DNA from: Spirochaetia bacterium | GTDB taxonomy: Bacteria; Spirochaetota; Spirochaetia; SZUA-6; Bin103 | Length of the DNA: 64,000 bases | Reading direction: 5' to 3' | NCBI GenBank assembly: GCA_965199955.1 | Contig: CBDATQ010000002.1 | Span: 832,001-896,000, forward strand | Shown here: positions 27,670 to 36,941 of the stretch, piece after piece | Layout of the letters: each line of letters opens with the position of its first letter | Position numbering within the stretch: the first letter of the stretch is position 1 | Position numbers and translations under genes: made by a program | Notes under the pieces: generated by a model | What the model was told of the DNA's origin: nothing | Database searches by the model: none | What the model saw: the letters and a program-made list of their open reading frames with translations, nothing else

Positions 27670-27728
27670 ACTAAAGTTCGTCATATCGCGGCCGGGCGAA
27701 GACCCGGCCCACGAAGGAGAGGAAGCTC

Positions 27729-28244
27729 ATGAGGAAAGCGATGCTCGTCAAGAAGGGTGCGGTCTCCGTAGTTGCCGCGACGCTTACGATACTGGCCGCT
27801 CAGGCCGCATACGCCGATGAGAGCGGAACGTTCCGCACCGTCAAGAGTTACCATCGCGACTACATCACCATCGATCACGGTGGGCCGACGTTCACCGGAG
27901 GGATGATTACGGGAACCACGACGATCATCGAGAGCAGCGGCGGCCCGTTCATGGAAGGTGCGAACAGCTATTCGGAGTGCCTGGTGTTCTCCAGCAGCTC
28001 GGATGGCTCGCTGTCACTGCAGGCGCCGTGCGTCGATACCGACACGTCCGGGGACATCCAGTATTGGAGGGCCGTGAGGGAACAGGGCGATGTGGGCGCC
28101 GGCGGCGGCGGCACAGGCACCTGGGAGTTGCTGGGCGGCACCGGCAAGTACGCCGGCATTGCCGGCAGATGCTCATACGACACCGAGTATCTGGAAGGCG
28201 ATGTCTTGGTCGCGATCGCCGACTGCAAGTGGAGCAAGATGTAA
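27729..28244 (+). CDS. Secreted hypothetical beta-barrel-like protein
   Basis: GGAGAGG RBS; signal peptide ending AQAAYA; GTWELLGGTGKYAGIAG motif; four Cys. Confidence 0.7.
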   Translation: MRKAMLVKKGAVSVVAATLTILAAQAAYADESGTFRTVKSYHRDYITIDHGGPTFTGGMITGTTTIIESSGGPFMEGANSYSECLVFSSSSDGSLSLQAPCVDTDTSGDIQYWRAVREQGDVGAGGGGTGTWELLGGTGKYAGIAGRCSYDTEYLEGDVLVAIADCKWSKM

Positions 28245-28279
28245 GGCCGGTCCGACGTCGAGTCGCTGATTCGATAATG

Positions 28280-28310
28280 CCGGCCGGCGCGTTGTCCGCG
28301 CGCCGGCCGG
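28280..28310. terminator. 12-bp perfect GC hairpin downstream of 27729-28244
   Basis: CCGGCCGGCGCG-ttgtccg-CGCGCCGGCCGG; no clear U-tract. Confidence 0.4.
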
Positions 28311-28408
28311 TAACCGAGTTCGTGTTCGCGCGCGAACGGTTGGGAGCCTTGGAGGTGTTGCCCGCGGAGGTCCTGGTCGTGGGTGGACTCGGCAGGGAAG
28401 AGGCCGAC

Positions 28409-28783
28409 ATGAGGGATGAGATCAGGCGTCAGCTGGAGGTGTGCCTCGACGAGTTGCGGCGCAATGCGCTCCGCGAGGAGAGCCTGTTGCGCATCGCGAA
28501 GCTGGCCGACCAGCGTGCGGAAGGCCGTCAAGACCTTCTTTATCTGCAGGCGGAGCAGACCTCGGTCACGAGCAGGGTGATCGGCATGAGCATGTTCGTC
28601 GACGGCGAGGTCAGCGACGGCCCGGACGACCCGGACGTCTGGCCGTACCAGACGGTCGGCGACGCGCTGGCCGACGGGTGGCGGATCGTCAAGTTTCCGG
28701 AGATGGCGATCCTGCTCGACGACCGGCGCACCTATGGACTGGGCTGCGAGTTCATCCTGGAGAAGTGGAGGGAGGCAACGTGA
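28409..28783 (+). CDS. Small hypothetical protein (124 aa), PhyH-associated, copy 2
   Basis: RQDLLYL..WPYQTV..DGWRIV.FP..TYGLGCEFILEK; stop overlaps the PhyH GTG start (GTGA). Confidence 0.8.
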   Translation: MRDEIRRQLEVCLDELRRNALREESLLRIAKLADQRAEGRQDLLYLQAEQTSVTSRVIGMSMFVDGEVSDGPDDPDVWPYQTVGDALADGWRIVKFPEMAILLDDRRTYGLGCEFILEKWREAT

Positions 28784-29631
28784 GGCTGCACGACTGCGAT
28801 CCGACCATGACCGACACTCAGGTCCTGGAGTTCTGCAAGAAGGGGTTCCTGATGCTGGAGGGAGTCGTCGGCGAAGACATCAACCGGCGCACGGTCGAGT
28901 TCGTGGAGACCAGGGGCAGCGAGCCGAGCGAGATACTGGAGCACGACTGGTTCACGGACAACGTCATCCTGCAGCCCGACGCCGCCGGGGCGGTCCGCTC
29001 CCTGCTCGGCAGGAACTTCGGCTTGCCGGTCCTGATGAGCAATCACCGGGTGACCTGTCCCATGCCGCGGCAGCAGTGGCACCGGGACGGCAACTCCCCG
29101 CACGGCCCGGCGCTCAAGTACCTGCAGGTCTTCTACTACCCGCAGGAGGTCCCGCGCGAGATGGGTCCCACGGAGATGCTGCCCGGCTCCCACTTTCTCT
29201 ACACCAACGGCCAGCTCCCGCAGAACTACATGGGCCACTACGGCGGGATCCGCGGGTCGCACTACACTACCGCGCCGGCGGGGACGATCTTCCTGACGGT
29301 CTACTCGATCTGGCATCGCCGCAGCGCGTCGACCGGCTCGGGGGTCCGCAACAACCTGAAGTACAATTACTTCCGCACCGTGACGCCGGAGCGCGACTGG
29401 ATCCGCGAGGAGGGCTTCGACTTCGCGACCGCCGACTACGGGTTCGGCGAGCCGCTCACCTACCGCCAGCAGCACCGGGACACCATCGACAACGCGGAGA
29501 TGTTCTGCTGGCTGTGCGGCAAGGCGGAAGAGTTCCGCGTCCTGGGCGGCCAGGGGTGGCCGGTGCCCAACTCCGACAACCACGCACTCATCGCGCGGCC
29601 GTACGGGGTGCCGGAGGGGCTGGACTACTGA
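28780..29631 (+). CDS. PhyH-family dioxygenase
   Basis: EFCKKGFL, WHRD, EMGPTEMLPGSH, IWHRR; GGAGG RBS; paralog of 62463-63293. Confidence 0.85.
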   Translation: MRLHDCDPTMTDTQVLEFCKKGFLMLEGVVGEDINRRTVEFVETRGSEPSEILEHDWFTDNVILQPDAAGAVRSLLGRNFGLPVLMSNHRVTCPMPRQQWHRDGNSPHGPALKYLQVFYYPQEVPREMGPTEMLPGSHFLYTNGQLPQNYMGHYGGIRGSHYTTAPAGTIFLTVYSIWHRRSASTGSGVRNNLKYNYFRTVTPERDWIREEGFDFATADYGFGEPLTYRQQHRDTIDNAEMFCWLCGKAEEFRVLGGQGWPVPNSDNHALIARPYGVPEGLDY

Positions 29632-29640
29632 CCTGGCGGC

Positions 29641-30486
29641 TCAGGTCCACGCCGTCGATCGCGGCGGCGTGCCGCCGTGCCCGTCGCGGCGGACCGGGAT
29701 CGGGGTGGCCTTCAGCTCCCGGATGAGCTCGATCAGGCCCTCGACGGCCGCTTCCAGGAACAGCTCACCCTTCTCCTTCGTCGCCTTCGTCGCGTCCCCC
29801 ATCACGCCGCTGGCCGTGAGGCTGCTCCAGTGGGGCATGAGCCGAGCTGCCGACCCCCGCGGGTGGGCGCCTTCCAGCAGGTCGATGCTGAAGCTCGGTG
29901 GCAGCGGCGTCCGTTCGTCCACGGCCTTGGACATGTCGACCAGGTCGGGCTCCAGCGCCAGGTAGAGCGACGTCTCGTACTCGCCCGCGTGCGCGGCGCC
30001 GTTGAAGTCGGAGTCGCGCAGGCTCCGCGCCACCTCCTTCACGCGCCGCAGGTCCCAGTGGCTGGCGAAGGCGCAGAGGATACGGCTCTCGTACTCGACG
30101 TTCGCAAGGCGCGCCGCCAGGTCGAGAGGCGAGGCGTTGCTGCCGTGCCCGTTCATGATCAGGATGCGGGCGAAGCCTTGGTGGGCAAGGCTGCAGCACA
30201 CGTCCCGCACGTAGCGGATGAACGTGTCCCAGCCGATGGTGAGCGTGCCCGGGTAGTCCATGTGGTGCGGGCTGTAGCCGTGCGGCACGGCCGGCACCAG
30301 GATGGCCTCCCGCGGGATACGGGCCACGGCCCGATCACAGATGCGGGTCGCCAGCACGACGTCGGTGTCGACCGGCAGGTGCGCGCCGTGGTCCTCGTAG
30401 GTTGCCACGGGCAGCACGGCCACGCGATCCTGTCGGGCCGCGTCCTTGACCTCGTGCATGGTCATTTGGGCAAAACGGTACTTCAT
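29641..30486 (-). CDS. Creatininase / creatinine amidohydrolase family protein
   Basis: EDHGAHLPVDTD, GYSPHH..YPGT, NGHGSN, HAGEYETS. Confidence 0.9.
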   Translation of the reverse strand: MKYRFAQMTMHEVKDAARQDRVAVLPVATYEDHGAHLPVDTDVVLATRICDRAVARIPREAILVPAVPHGYSPHHMDYPGTLTIGWDTFIRYVRDVCCSLAHQGFARILIMNGHGSNASPLDLAARLANVEYESRILCAFASHWDLRRVKEVARSLRDSDFNGAAHAGEYETSLYLALEPDLVDMSKAVDERTPLPPSFSIDLLEGAHPRGSAARLMPHWSSLTASGVMGDATKATKEKGELFLEAAVEGLIELIRELKATPIPVRRDGHGGTPPRSTAWT

Positions 30487-30618
30487 GATGGTTATCTCCT
30501 GAGGGCATGATACGCCCTTGTCCCGAAGGCCCCGATGGTGAGCGCCCTCCGAGTTTCAGCAGGCTGCAGGAGCCGGCGCTGGCCGTAGCAGGAGGCGGCG
30601 ACGATTTCCATCTGATCG

Positions 30619-32469
30619 ATGTGCAATGAAGAGCCGGCGGTTCACCACCGCTTCTGCGGTCGCCGCTACGGGCTCGTACGCGGGACCTGGATCGTGTTCC
30701 AGGACGCGCCGCTGGCCGCGGTGACTCGAGCCGCGGTGACGCTGGCGGCGGGTGCCGCGACCGGACCACTGCTGGTGCTGGCGACCGAGCGCTTCGTCGC
30801 GACCGCCCTCGACGTGGCCGGCGGGAACCTGCCGCCGGCGGCCATCGCCGCGCCGGTGATCGCGCTGGCCGCGCTGTTCGCGGTGCAGATCGTCGAATCG
30901 GTCGTGCGCTCGCTGGCGGACGCCCGCATCGAAGCGGGCCTGAGGCGCGGCTTCAGGGCGGATCTGACCCGCAAGCGGGCGCGCCTGGAGTATCGCTACA
31001 TCGACAGCCGGGAGACTCGGGACCTGCTGCAGCGCGTGACGGCGGGCGCGGAAGCGGAATCCCGGCCGGCGCCGGAACGTGGACCGGTCAAGCAGGCGTT
31101 CGACGACGGAGTGGGCCTGGCGGCGCTGGCCGTGCGTGTCATCGGCATCGCCGCCGTGCTGGCACGGCTGGGTTGGTGGATCGTCCCCGCGGCGGTCGCG
31201 GTCACCGTTCCGTTCGTGCTGCTGGGCGTCCACAGCGGGCGCCGCCACTACGAGTTGGAGCGGAGGCTGTCGGGCCGGCGGCGCCGCGCCGACTACCTGT
31301 CAGAGAAGGTGCTGCAGGGAAGGGAAGCCGCGCTGGAGCGGGGGCTTTTCGATTTCGGTGACTACGTCATCGCGCGCTGGCGTGTCGTCTACGACGAAGT
31401 GCGCCGGCTGACCGTCCGTTGGATCGTGCGCCTGTGGGTGCGCTACAAGGGAGCGGCCTTTCCGGCGATCGCGGTGGTCATCGCCGCAATGCTCGCTTTA
31501 CTTCGGCCATTGCGGACGGGCGTAATCGACATCGCGTTCTACGTCGCGTCGGTCATGGCGTTCCTGCAGGCCGAACGGGTCGTGACCCAGGAGTTCGTGC
31601 AGATCACCTGGCGGCTCTCCCAACACCGGGAGTTCTTCGTCGACCTGACCGCGTTCTCGGCGATGGCCGAGACGGCGCGCCCGCTCACGCGGCGCGCGCC
31701 TGAGGAGACTTTCAGATCGATCGAGTTCGCCGGAGTGAGCTTCACGTATCCCGGTACCGAGCAGCCGGTCCTGACGGATGTCAGCTTCGTGCTGGAAGCC
31801 GGCCGACACTACGCGCTGGTCGGCGCAAACGGGTCCGGCAAGTCGACCATCGCGAAGTTGATGATGGGCCTGTACCGCCCGGACGGAGGGCGGATTCTGA
31901 TCAACGGCACCCCGATCACCGAGTGGACGCAGGAAGCCCTGAACGGACTGTTCGGCGTGGTATTCCAGGACTTCGCGCGCTATTCGCTCACGGTCCGCGA
32001 CAACGTCGAAGTCGCCGCGGCCGGCCGCCTTGACGATGACGCGGTGCGGGAAAGCCTCTCGGGTGCCGGCCTCGACGACGACTTCGTTCTGCGGCTGCCG
32101 AAGGGATACGACACTCCTCTCGGCAAGGTGCTGCGCGGCGGCGTGGACGTGTCGGGTGGTGAGTGGCAGCGGCTCGCGATGGCGCGTTCACTGGCGGCTG
32201 ACGCGCCGGTGCGCATCCTGGACGAGCCCACGGCGGCTCTGGACCCGTTGGCCGAGAGCGAGCTGTACCGGTCCTACTCGGGCGCCGCGACCGGGCTGAC
32301 GACTCTGTTCATCAGCCATCGCCTGGGCTCGACCAGGATCGCGGACCGGATCCTGGTCGTCGACGGCGGTGCGGTCGTCGAATCCGGCGCCCACGAGGAC
32401 TTGATGGGCCAGGACGGCCTGTACGAGCAGATGTTCACCGCGCAGAGGCACTGGTATGACGCGGGGTAG
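30619..32469 (+). CDS. ABC exporter half-transporter (TMD+NBD); start uncertain
   Basis: Transmembrane helices; GANGSGKS, VFQD, VSGGEWQR, ILDEPT, SHR. Confidence 0.9.
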   Translation: MCNEEPAVHHRFCGRRYGLVRGTWIVFQDAPLAAVTRAAVTLAAGAATGPLLVLATERFVATALDVAGGNLPPAAIAAPVIALAALFAVQIVESVVRSLADARIEAGLRRGFRADLTRKRARLEYRYIDSRETRDLLQRVTAGAEAESRPAPERGPVKQAFDDGVGLAALAVRVIGIAAVLARLGWWIVPAAVAVTVPFVLLGVHSGRRHYELERRLSGRRRRADYLSEKVLQGREAALERGLFDFGDYVIARWRVVYDEVRRLTVRWIVRLWVRYKGAAFPAIAVVIAAMLALLRPLRTGVIDIAFYVASVMAFLQAERVVTQEFVQITWRLSQHREFFVDLTAFSAMAETARPLTRRAPEETFRSIEFAGVSFTYPGTEQPVLTDVSFVLEAGRHYALVGANGSGKSTIAKLMMGLYRPDGGRILINGTPITEWTQEALNGLFGVVFQDFARYSLTVRDNVEVAAAGRLDDDAVRESLSGAGLDDDFVLRLPKGYDTPLGKVLRGGVDVSGGEWQRLAMARSLAADAPVRILDEPTAALDPLAESELYRSYSGAATGLTTLFISHRLGSTRIADRILVVDGGAVVESGAHEDLMGQDGLYEQMFTAQRHWYDAG

Positions 32470-34231
32470 CCGCGTTTCGTACTTCCGGCTTCTCGCCCGG
32501 GTGACGTGGCTTGTCGGCCGCAGGGCACCGCTTTCGCTGCTGGCGATCGCGGTCGTCGACCTGGGGTTCGTCGGCACCGAAGTGCTGGTATTCCACCTGC
32601 TGGAGAGCGTCCTGACGGCACTGACCGACCAACGGTTGGCCGAGATCGCCGGCGCGATCGTTCTTGTGGGTTTGGCGATCCTGGCGCGGGAGCTCGTCGA
32701 GGCGGTACATCGTCCCCTTGCCGCATTCCTCGGCGGCAAGGGGACCGGCGTGCTGACCGAGGACCTCAACCGGAAAGCCGCGCGGCTCGAGGTCGTCGAC
32801 TTCGAGACCCTGGATGCGCACGAGCGCTTGGAGCAGGCGAAGACGGGACCGGAGGGAGCGCTCAGGATGCTGGTGGCGTTCCTGGATCCGATCGCCATGT
32901 TGATGCTGCTTGCGGCGGCTGGCGTCTATCTCCATTCGCTCGCCCCATCGTTGGCGCTGGTCGTTCCATTCGTCTTCGTGCCCCGCATCGCCGGTGACCT
33001 CATCCGTGGCAGCCGGTACTACCGGCTCGAGCGCAGGACGGTGCCGCTGCAGAGGGAGTTCCAGTATCTGGAGCGCTGCCTGACCGACCGCAAGTACTTC
33101 AAGGAGAAGAGGATCCTGGGCGCGGGATCCTGGCTGCTGCGGCGGTATCGAGCGGTGCTGAGCCGTTTCAGTGCGGCACGCTGGCGTGAGGACCTTCGGG
33201 TTGGGCTCATCGATCTCGGGCTCGGGGTCGCGATGCTGATCGGGTACGGAGGTTCGTTCGTGCTGGCGGCGCTGCTGTTGGCGGGCGGCAGCATCGGGGT
33301 CGGCGCGTTTGCCGTGGTCGTCTACGCGATGAGCCGGTTCATGCTCATGGCCGAGGGCATCATGGAGGGGTTCGGGGTGTCGTACCGCCAGAGCATCAAG
33401 GCATCCCACCTGGTCGAGTTCCTGGATCGCGACGAAGGCCGGCTCGCCGCTGATCGTGCGGGACGGGCGACCGGCGGGGCCGTGACGGCGCGGAACGTGT
33501 CCTTCACCTACCCCGGAGCGGACGCGGCCGCCGTCGACGACGTGAGCGTGGACCTGGCGCCCGGCACCACCGTGGCGCTGGTCGGCGCCAACGGCGCCGG
33601 CAAGACCACGCTGGCCAAGCTGATCCTGGGGCTCTTCGTTCCGACCGGCGGCAACGTGATCCGCGGGACCGTCAACACCAGGGACGCGACCAGGCAGGAT
33701 ATCCGCGAGCGTACCTCCGCCGTGTTCCAGAACTTCCAGCGCTATCAGATGACCCTGCGGGAGAACGTCGTCCTGGCCGACGCGACCCGTGCCGAGGACG
33801 AGCAGGAGGTGATCCGGGCGCTCGAACGGGGCGGCGTGCCGGCGGAGCTGTGGCAGGGAGCGGAAGGGCTCGATCTCATGCTGTCGCGGGAGTTCGGGAC
33901 GCGCGACCTGTCGCTCGGGCAGTGGCAGCGGGTGGCGATCGCCCGCGGACTGTTCCGGGAGCACGACGTGATCCTGCTTGACGAGCCGACCGCGTCGATC
34001 GATCCGCTGGAGGAGCAGGCGGTGTACGAGCGGTTCATGGAGATCGCCGCCGGCCGCACGGCGATCCTGGTCACGCACCGACTGGGCTCGGCACGGCTGG
34101 CCGACCGGATCCTGGTGATGCGGGACGGCCGCATCGTAGAGGATGGCACGCACGAGCGGCTGCTCAAACGGCGCGGGCTTTACCACGAAATGTTCAGCGC
34201 GCAGGCTGCTTGGTACAAGCGGCGAAGATAG
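32456..34231 (+). CDS. ABC exporter half-transporter (TMD+NBD)
   Basis: GANGAGKT, VFQN, LSLGQWQR, LLDEPT, THR; overlaps the partner gene. Confidence 0.9.
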   Translation: MTRGSRVSYFRLLARVTWLVGRRAPLSLLAIAVVDLGFVGTEVLVFHLLESVLTALTDQRLAEIAGAIVLVGLAILARELVEAVHRPLAAFLGGKGTGVLTEDLNRKAARLEVVDFETLDAHERLEQAKTGPEGALRMLVAFLDPIAMLMLLAAAGVYLHSLAPSLALVVPFVFVPRIAGDLIRGSRYYRLERRTVPLQREFQYLERCLTDRKYFKEKRILGAGSWLLRRYRAVLSRFSAARWREDLRVGLIDLGLGVAMLIGYGGSFVLAALLLAGGSIGVGAFAVVVYAMSRFMLMAEGIMEGFGVSYRQSIKASHLVEFLDRDEGRLAADRAGRATGGAVTARNVSFTYPGADAAAVDDVSVDLAPGTTVALVGANGAGKTTLAKLILGLFVPTGGNVIRGTVNTRDATRQDIRERTSAVFQNFQRYQMTLRENVVLADATRAEDEQEVIRALERGGVPAELWQGAEGLDLMLSREFGTRDLSLGQWQRVAIARGLFREHDVILLDEPTASIDPLEEQAVYERFMEIAAGRTAILVTHRLGSARLADRILVMRDGRIVEDGTHERLLKRRGLYHEMFSAQAAWYKRRR

Positions 34232-34245
34232 CGCTCTTTCGGAGG

Positions 34246-35955
34246 TCAGGGAGCCGGCGGAACCGGCTCCCTGACGGTCAACCGCTGGTTGGTTGCCACC
34301 TCGTTCAGGGTCTGTCGCACGCCGCTCGGCCATTCGATCTGCACGGTGGCGATGTGCTGCAGATCCGGTCCCACGCCGAAGTGGGCGATCGCCTCGTTCT
34401 GGCCCAGGTAGTTGTTGCTGCCGCCCAGCACTTGCACCAGGCGCCGATCCAGCTCGGCTGCGCGCGGGGTAACGGTGATGCGCGCGCCGACCCCCTGCCG
34501 GTTGGACACCGTGCCCTGCAGGCGGAGCTGCAGCCAGCGGTTTGGTCCCACCTGTCCCTGACGGTTGGTGTCGTTGCGGTACAGCACCGGACGGCCGCTG
34601 TTGTGCACGACCAGCAGGTCCAGGTCGCCGTCGGGCTCCAGGTCGAAGGCCGCCAGCCCGGTGCCAACGCCGGTGGCCGTAAGCCCCTCCTGCTGTGCCA
34701 CCTCCGTGAAGCGGCCGCGACCGTCGTTGCGCCACAGCCGCATCGGGTCGTCTTCGAAGCCGGTGGTGTTGGCGGTGTAGGGGACCTCGTCGGCGTAGTC
34801 CACGCCGGTGGCCAGCACCAGGTCCAGGTCGCCGTCGTTGTCGTAGTCCAGGAAGGTGGTGCCCCATCCCCAGGAGCCGTCCCGCACGCCGGCGGCGTCG
34901 GTGGCGTCCTCGAAGAAGCCGCGGCCGATGTTGCGGTACAGCCGGTTGCCGTCGCGGTAGGGCACCCCCTCCTCGTAGATGGCGCTCACGAACCAGTCCA
35001 TGCGGCCGTCGCCGTCGTAATCGCCCACCGCCGACCCCATGCCGTATTCGTCGGTGCCGACCCGCGCCCCGGTCGTGCCGTGCACGAAGCGTCCGTTGCC
35101 GCGGTTCCAGTAGAGCTGGCTGGCGTTGTGGTCGGCGACGATGACCAGCTCGGGATAGAGGTCGTCGTCCAGCAGGGCGAAGGTGGACGTCAGGCTCTGG
35201 CCCTCGGCCAGCGGGTTGACCGCGATGACGCGGTGCTGGGAGACGCCCGCGTAGCGGGTAACGTCCTCGAAGCTGCCCGGCGCCTCCGCTCCCAGGTTGC
35301 GCAGCAGCCGCGCGTTGCTCTGCGCTCCCACGGTCATCTGGCGCAGGAATCGCCACTCGGTGGTGTGCAGATCCAGGTAGCCGTCCAGGTCGTAGTCCCC
35401 GAAGGTGGCGCTGAAGCCGAAGTGCAGGTCGTCGCCTTCGGTCGCCGCGCCGCGCGCCACGGCCTCCTCGGTGAACCTGCCGGCGCCGTCATTCACGAAC
35501 AGGTGGAAGCGGTGCGAAAACAGGCTCGTCACGTACAGGTCCAGGTCTCCGTCGTTGTCGATGTCTCCCCAGGCGGAGCCGTTGGACTGCAGCTCCGCCA
35601 GGTGGTCGGGGCCGAAGGCGGCAGCGGTGACGTCCGCGAAGCTGCCGTCGCCGCGGTTGCGGTACAGGATGTCGCTGTCGTCCAGGCGGGTCACGTACAG
35701 ATCGACCAGTCCGTCGCCGTCGTAGTCGCCGGCGGCCACTCCACCGGTCGTGTAGCTCTGCATGGCAGCCGGAATGTCCTCCCCCCGCCGAAACTGCACG
35801 TAGTCGATGCCGGCGGCGTCCGTCACGTCGTGGAAGATCTGCGCCAGCCCCGGCACCGCCGAGACGCAGGCGAGAATGGCGGCGAACAGGAACCCGATCA
35901 CTCTTCGAGTGAGATTCGCTGCGCTCAAACTGCGAGTGAGGATCGCGCCGCTCAT
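34246..35955 (-). CDS. CRTAC1 / FG-GAP repeat protein with ASPIC-UnbV domain, secreted
   Basis: Signal peptide; repeated GDYDGDG.D motifs; C-terminal NR.GVGARI..HFGVG..IEWPSG. Confidence 0.88.
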   Translation of the reverse strand: MSGAILTRSLSAANLTRRVIGFLFAAILACVSAVPGLAQIFHDVTDAAGIDYVQFRRGEDIPAAMQSYTTGGVAAGDYDGDGLVDLYVTRLDDSDILYRNRGDGSFADVTAAAFGPDHLAELQSNGSAWGDIDNDGDLDLYVTSLFSHRFHLFVNDGAGRFTEEAVARGAATEGDDLHFGFSATFGDYDLDGYLDLHTTEWRFLRQMTVGAQSNARLLRNLGAEAPGSFEDVTRYAGVSQHRVIAVNPLAEGQSLTSTFALLDDDLYPELVIVADHNASQLYWNRGNGRFVHGTTGARVGTDEYGMGSAVGDYDGDGRMDWFVSAIYEEGVPYRDGNRLYRNIGRGFFEDATDAAGVRDGSWGWGTTFLDYDNDGDLDLVLATGVDYADEVPYTANTTGFEDDPMRLWRNDGRGRFTEVAQQEGLTATGVGTGLAAFDLEPDGDLDLLVVHNSGRPVLYRNDTNRQGQVGPNRWLQLRLQGTVSNRQGVGARITVTPRAAELDRRLVQVLGGSNNYLGQNEAIAHFGVGPDLQHIATVQIEWPSGVRQTLNEVATNQRLTVREPVPPAP

Positions 35956-36830
35956 TCTTTCACCGCACCCACCAGGATGCCCTTGATGAAGTAGCGCTGG
36001 AGGAACGGGTAGACCAGCACGATGGGAACGATCGTCACCATCATGGTCGCGAACTGCAGGCCGTCGGGGTGCAGGTAGTGGGAGCTGGATTCATCGACCA
36101 TGGTTCGCGCCGCCTCCGTGGTGAAGTCGGCCATGTTCGCCTGCTTGATGACCCGGACCAGCACCCCCTGCAACGTATCCAGCCAATCCGAGCGCGTAAA
36201 GTAGGCGGTGTCGAACCAGGAGCCCCACTGCGCGACCGCGGCGAACAGCGCGATCACGGCGATCACCGGCGTCGAGATGGGCAGGTAGATCGCCCTGAAG
36301 ATGCGCGCGTAGCCGGCGCCGTCCACGCGGGCCGACTCTTCGAGAGAAACCGGGATCTGGTTGAACTGAGCCATGAAGATGATCACGTAGAAGAAGGAGA
36401 ACAGGTTCGGCAGGATGTAGACGGCGAACCGGTCGAGCACGCCCAGTGCCCGCAGATTGAGGTAGATCGGGATCAGGCCGCCCGAGAAGAACAACGGGAC
36501 AGTGAACAGGACCAGATAGAGGTTACGGTAGGGAAGCTCCTGCTTGCGCAGCGCGAACGCGCACATGGCGCAGGTCAGCACCGTGGCCGCGGCGCCCACG
36601 ACCGTCCGGCTGACCGACATCAGGAAGGCGTTCAGCAGCCGCCCGTTGCCAAAGATGATCCGGTAGTTGCGCAGGGTCAGATCCTCCGCGAGCAGCCATG
36701 CCGGACCGAAAATGAGCCCGCCGTTCAGGGAATTGAGAGCGAAGTAATAGAGCGGATAAAGGATGCCCAGCGCCAGGATGAGGATCGGAACGTAGATGCC
36801 CAGGTACACCGCCAGTGTCGGCCGGGTCAT
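35952..36830 (-). CDS. Carbohydrate ABC transporter permease (MalG-type), copy 2
   Basis: FSGGLIP.Y, SLEESARVDGA, YPFLQRYFIKGILVGAVK. Confidence 0.9.
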   Translation of the reverse strand: MTRPTLAVYLGIYVPILILALGILYPLYYFALNSLNGGLIFGPAWLLAEDLTLRNYRIIFGNGRLLNAFLMSVSRTVVGAAATVLTCAMCAFALRKQELPYRNLYLVLFTVPLFFSGGLIPIYLNLRALGVLDRFAVYILPNLFSFFYVIIFMAQFNQIPVSLEESARVDGAGYARIFRAIYLPISTPVIAVIALFAAVAQWGSWFDTAYFTRSDWLDTLQGVLVRVIKQANMADFTTEAARTMVDESSSHYLHPDGLQFATMMVTIVPIVLVYPFLQRYFIKGILVGAVKE

Positions 36831-36941
36831 GGGGTGCCCTGAGAATCCGTCGGATTGGCGCGTCAGCGGCATATCCGGCGGACTCTCAGGGGAAGGTGGG
36901 GATGGGCCAAAAGCGGAACCGCAGGCGACGGTTTTGGGGCG

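Noticed and set aside
32435..35356. 973-aa minus-strand ORF and similar long ORFs (43131-46550, 53264-55435, 6090-8003, 21907-23751)
   Set aside because: Antisense or off-frame shadows of well-supported genes, expected at this GC content; no motifs.
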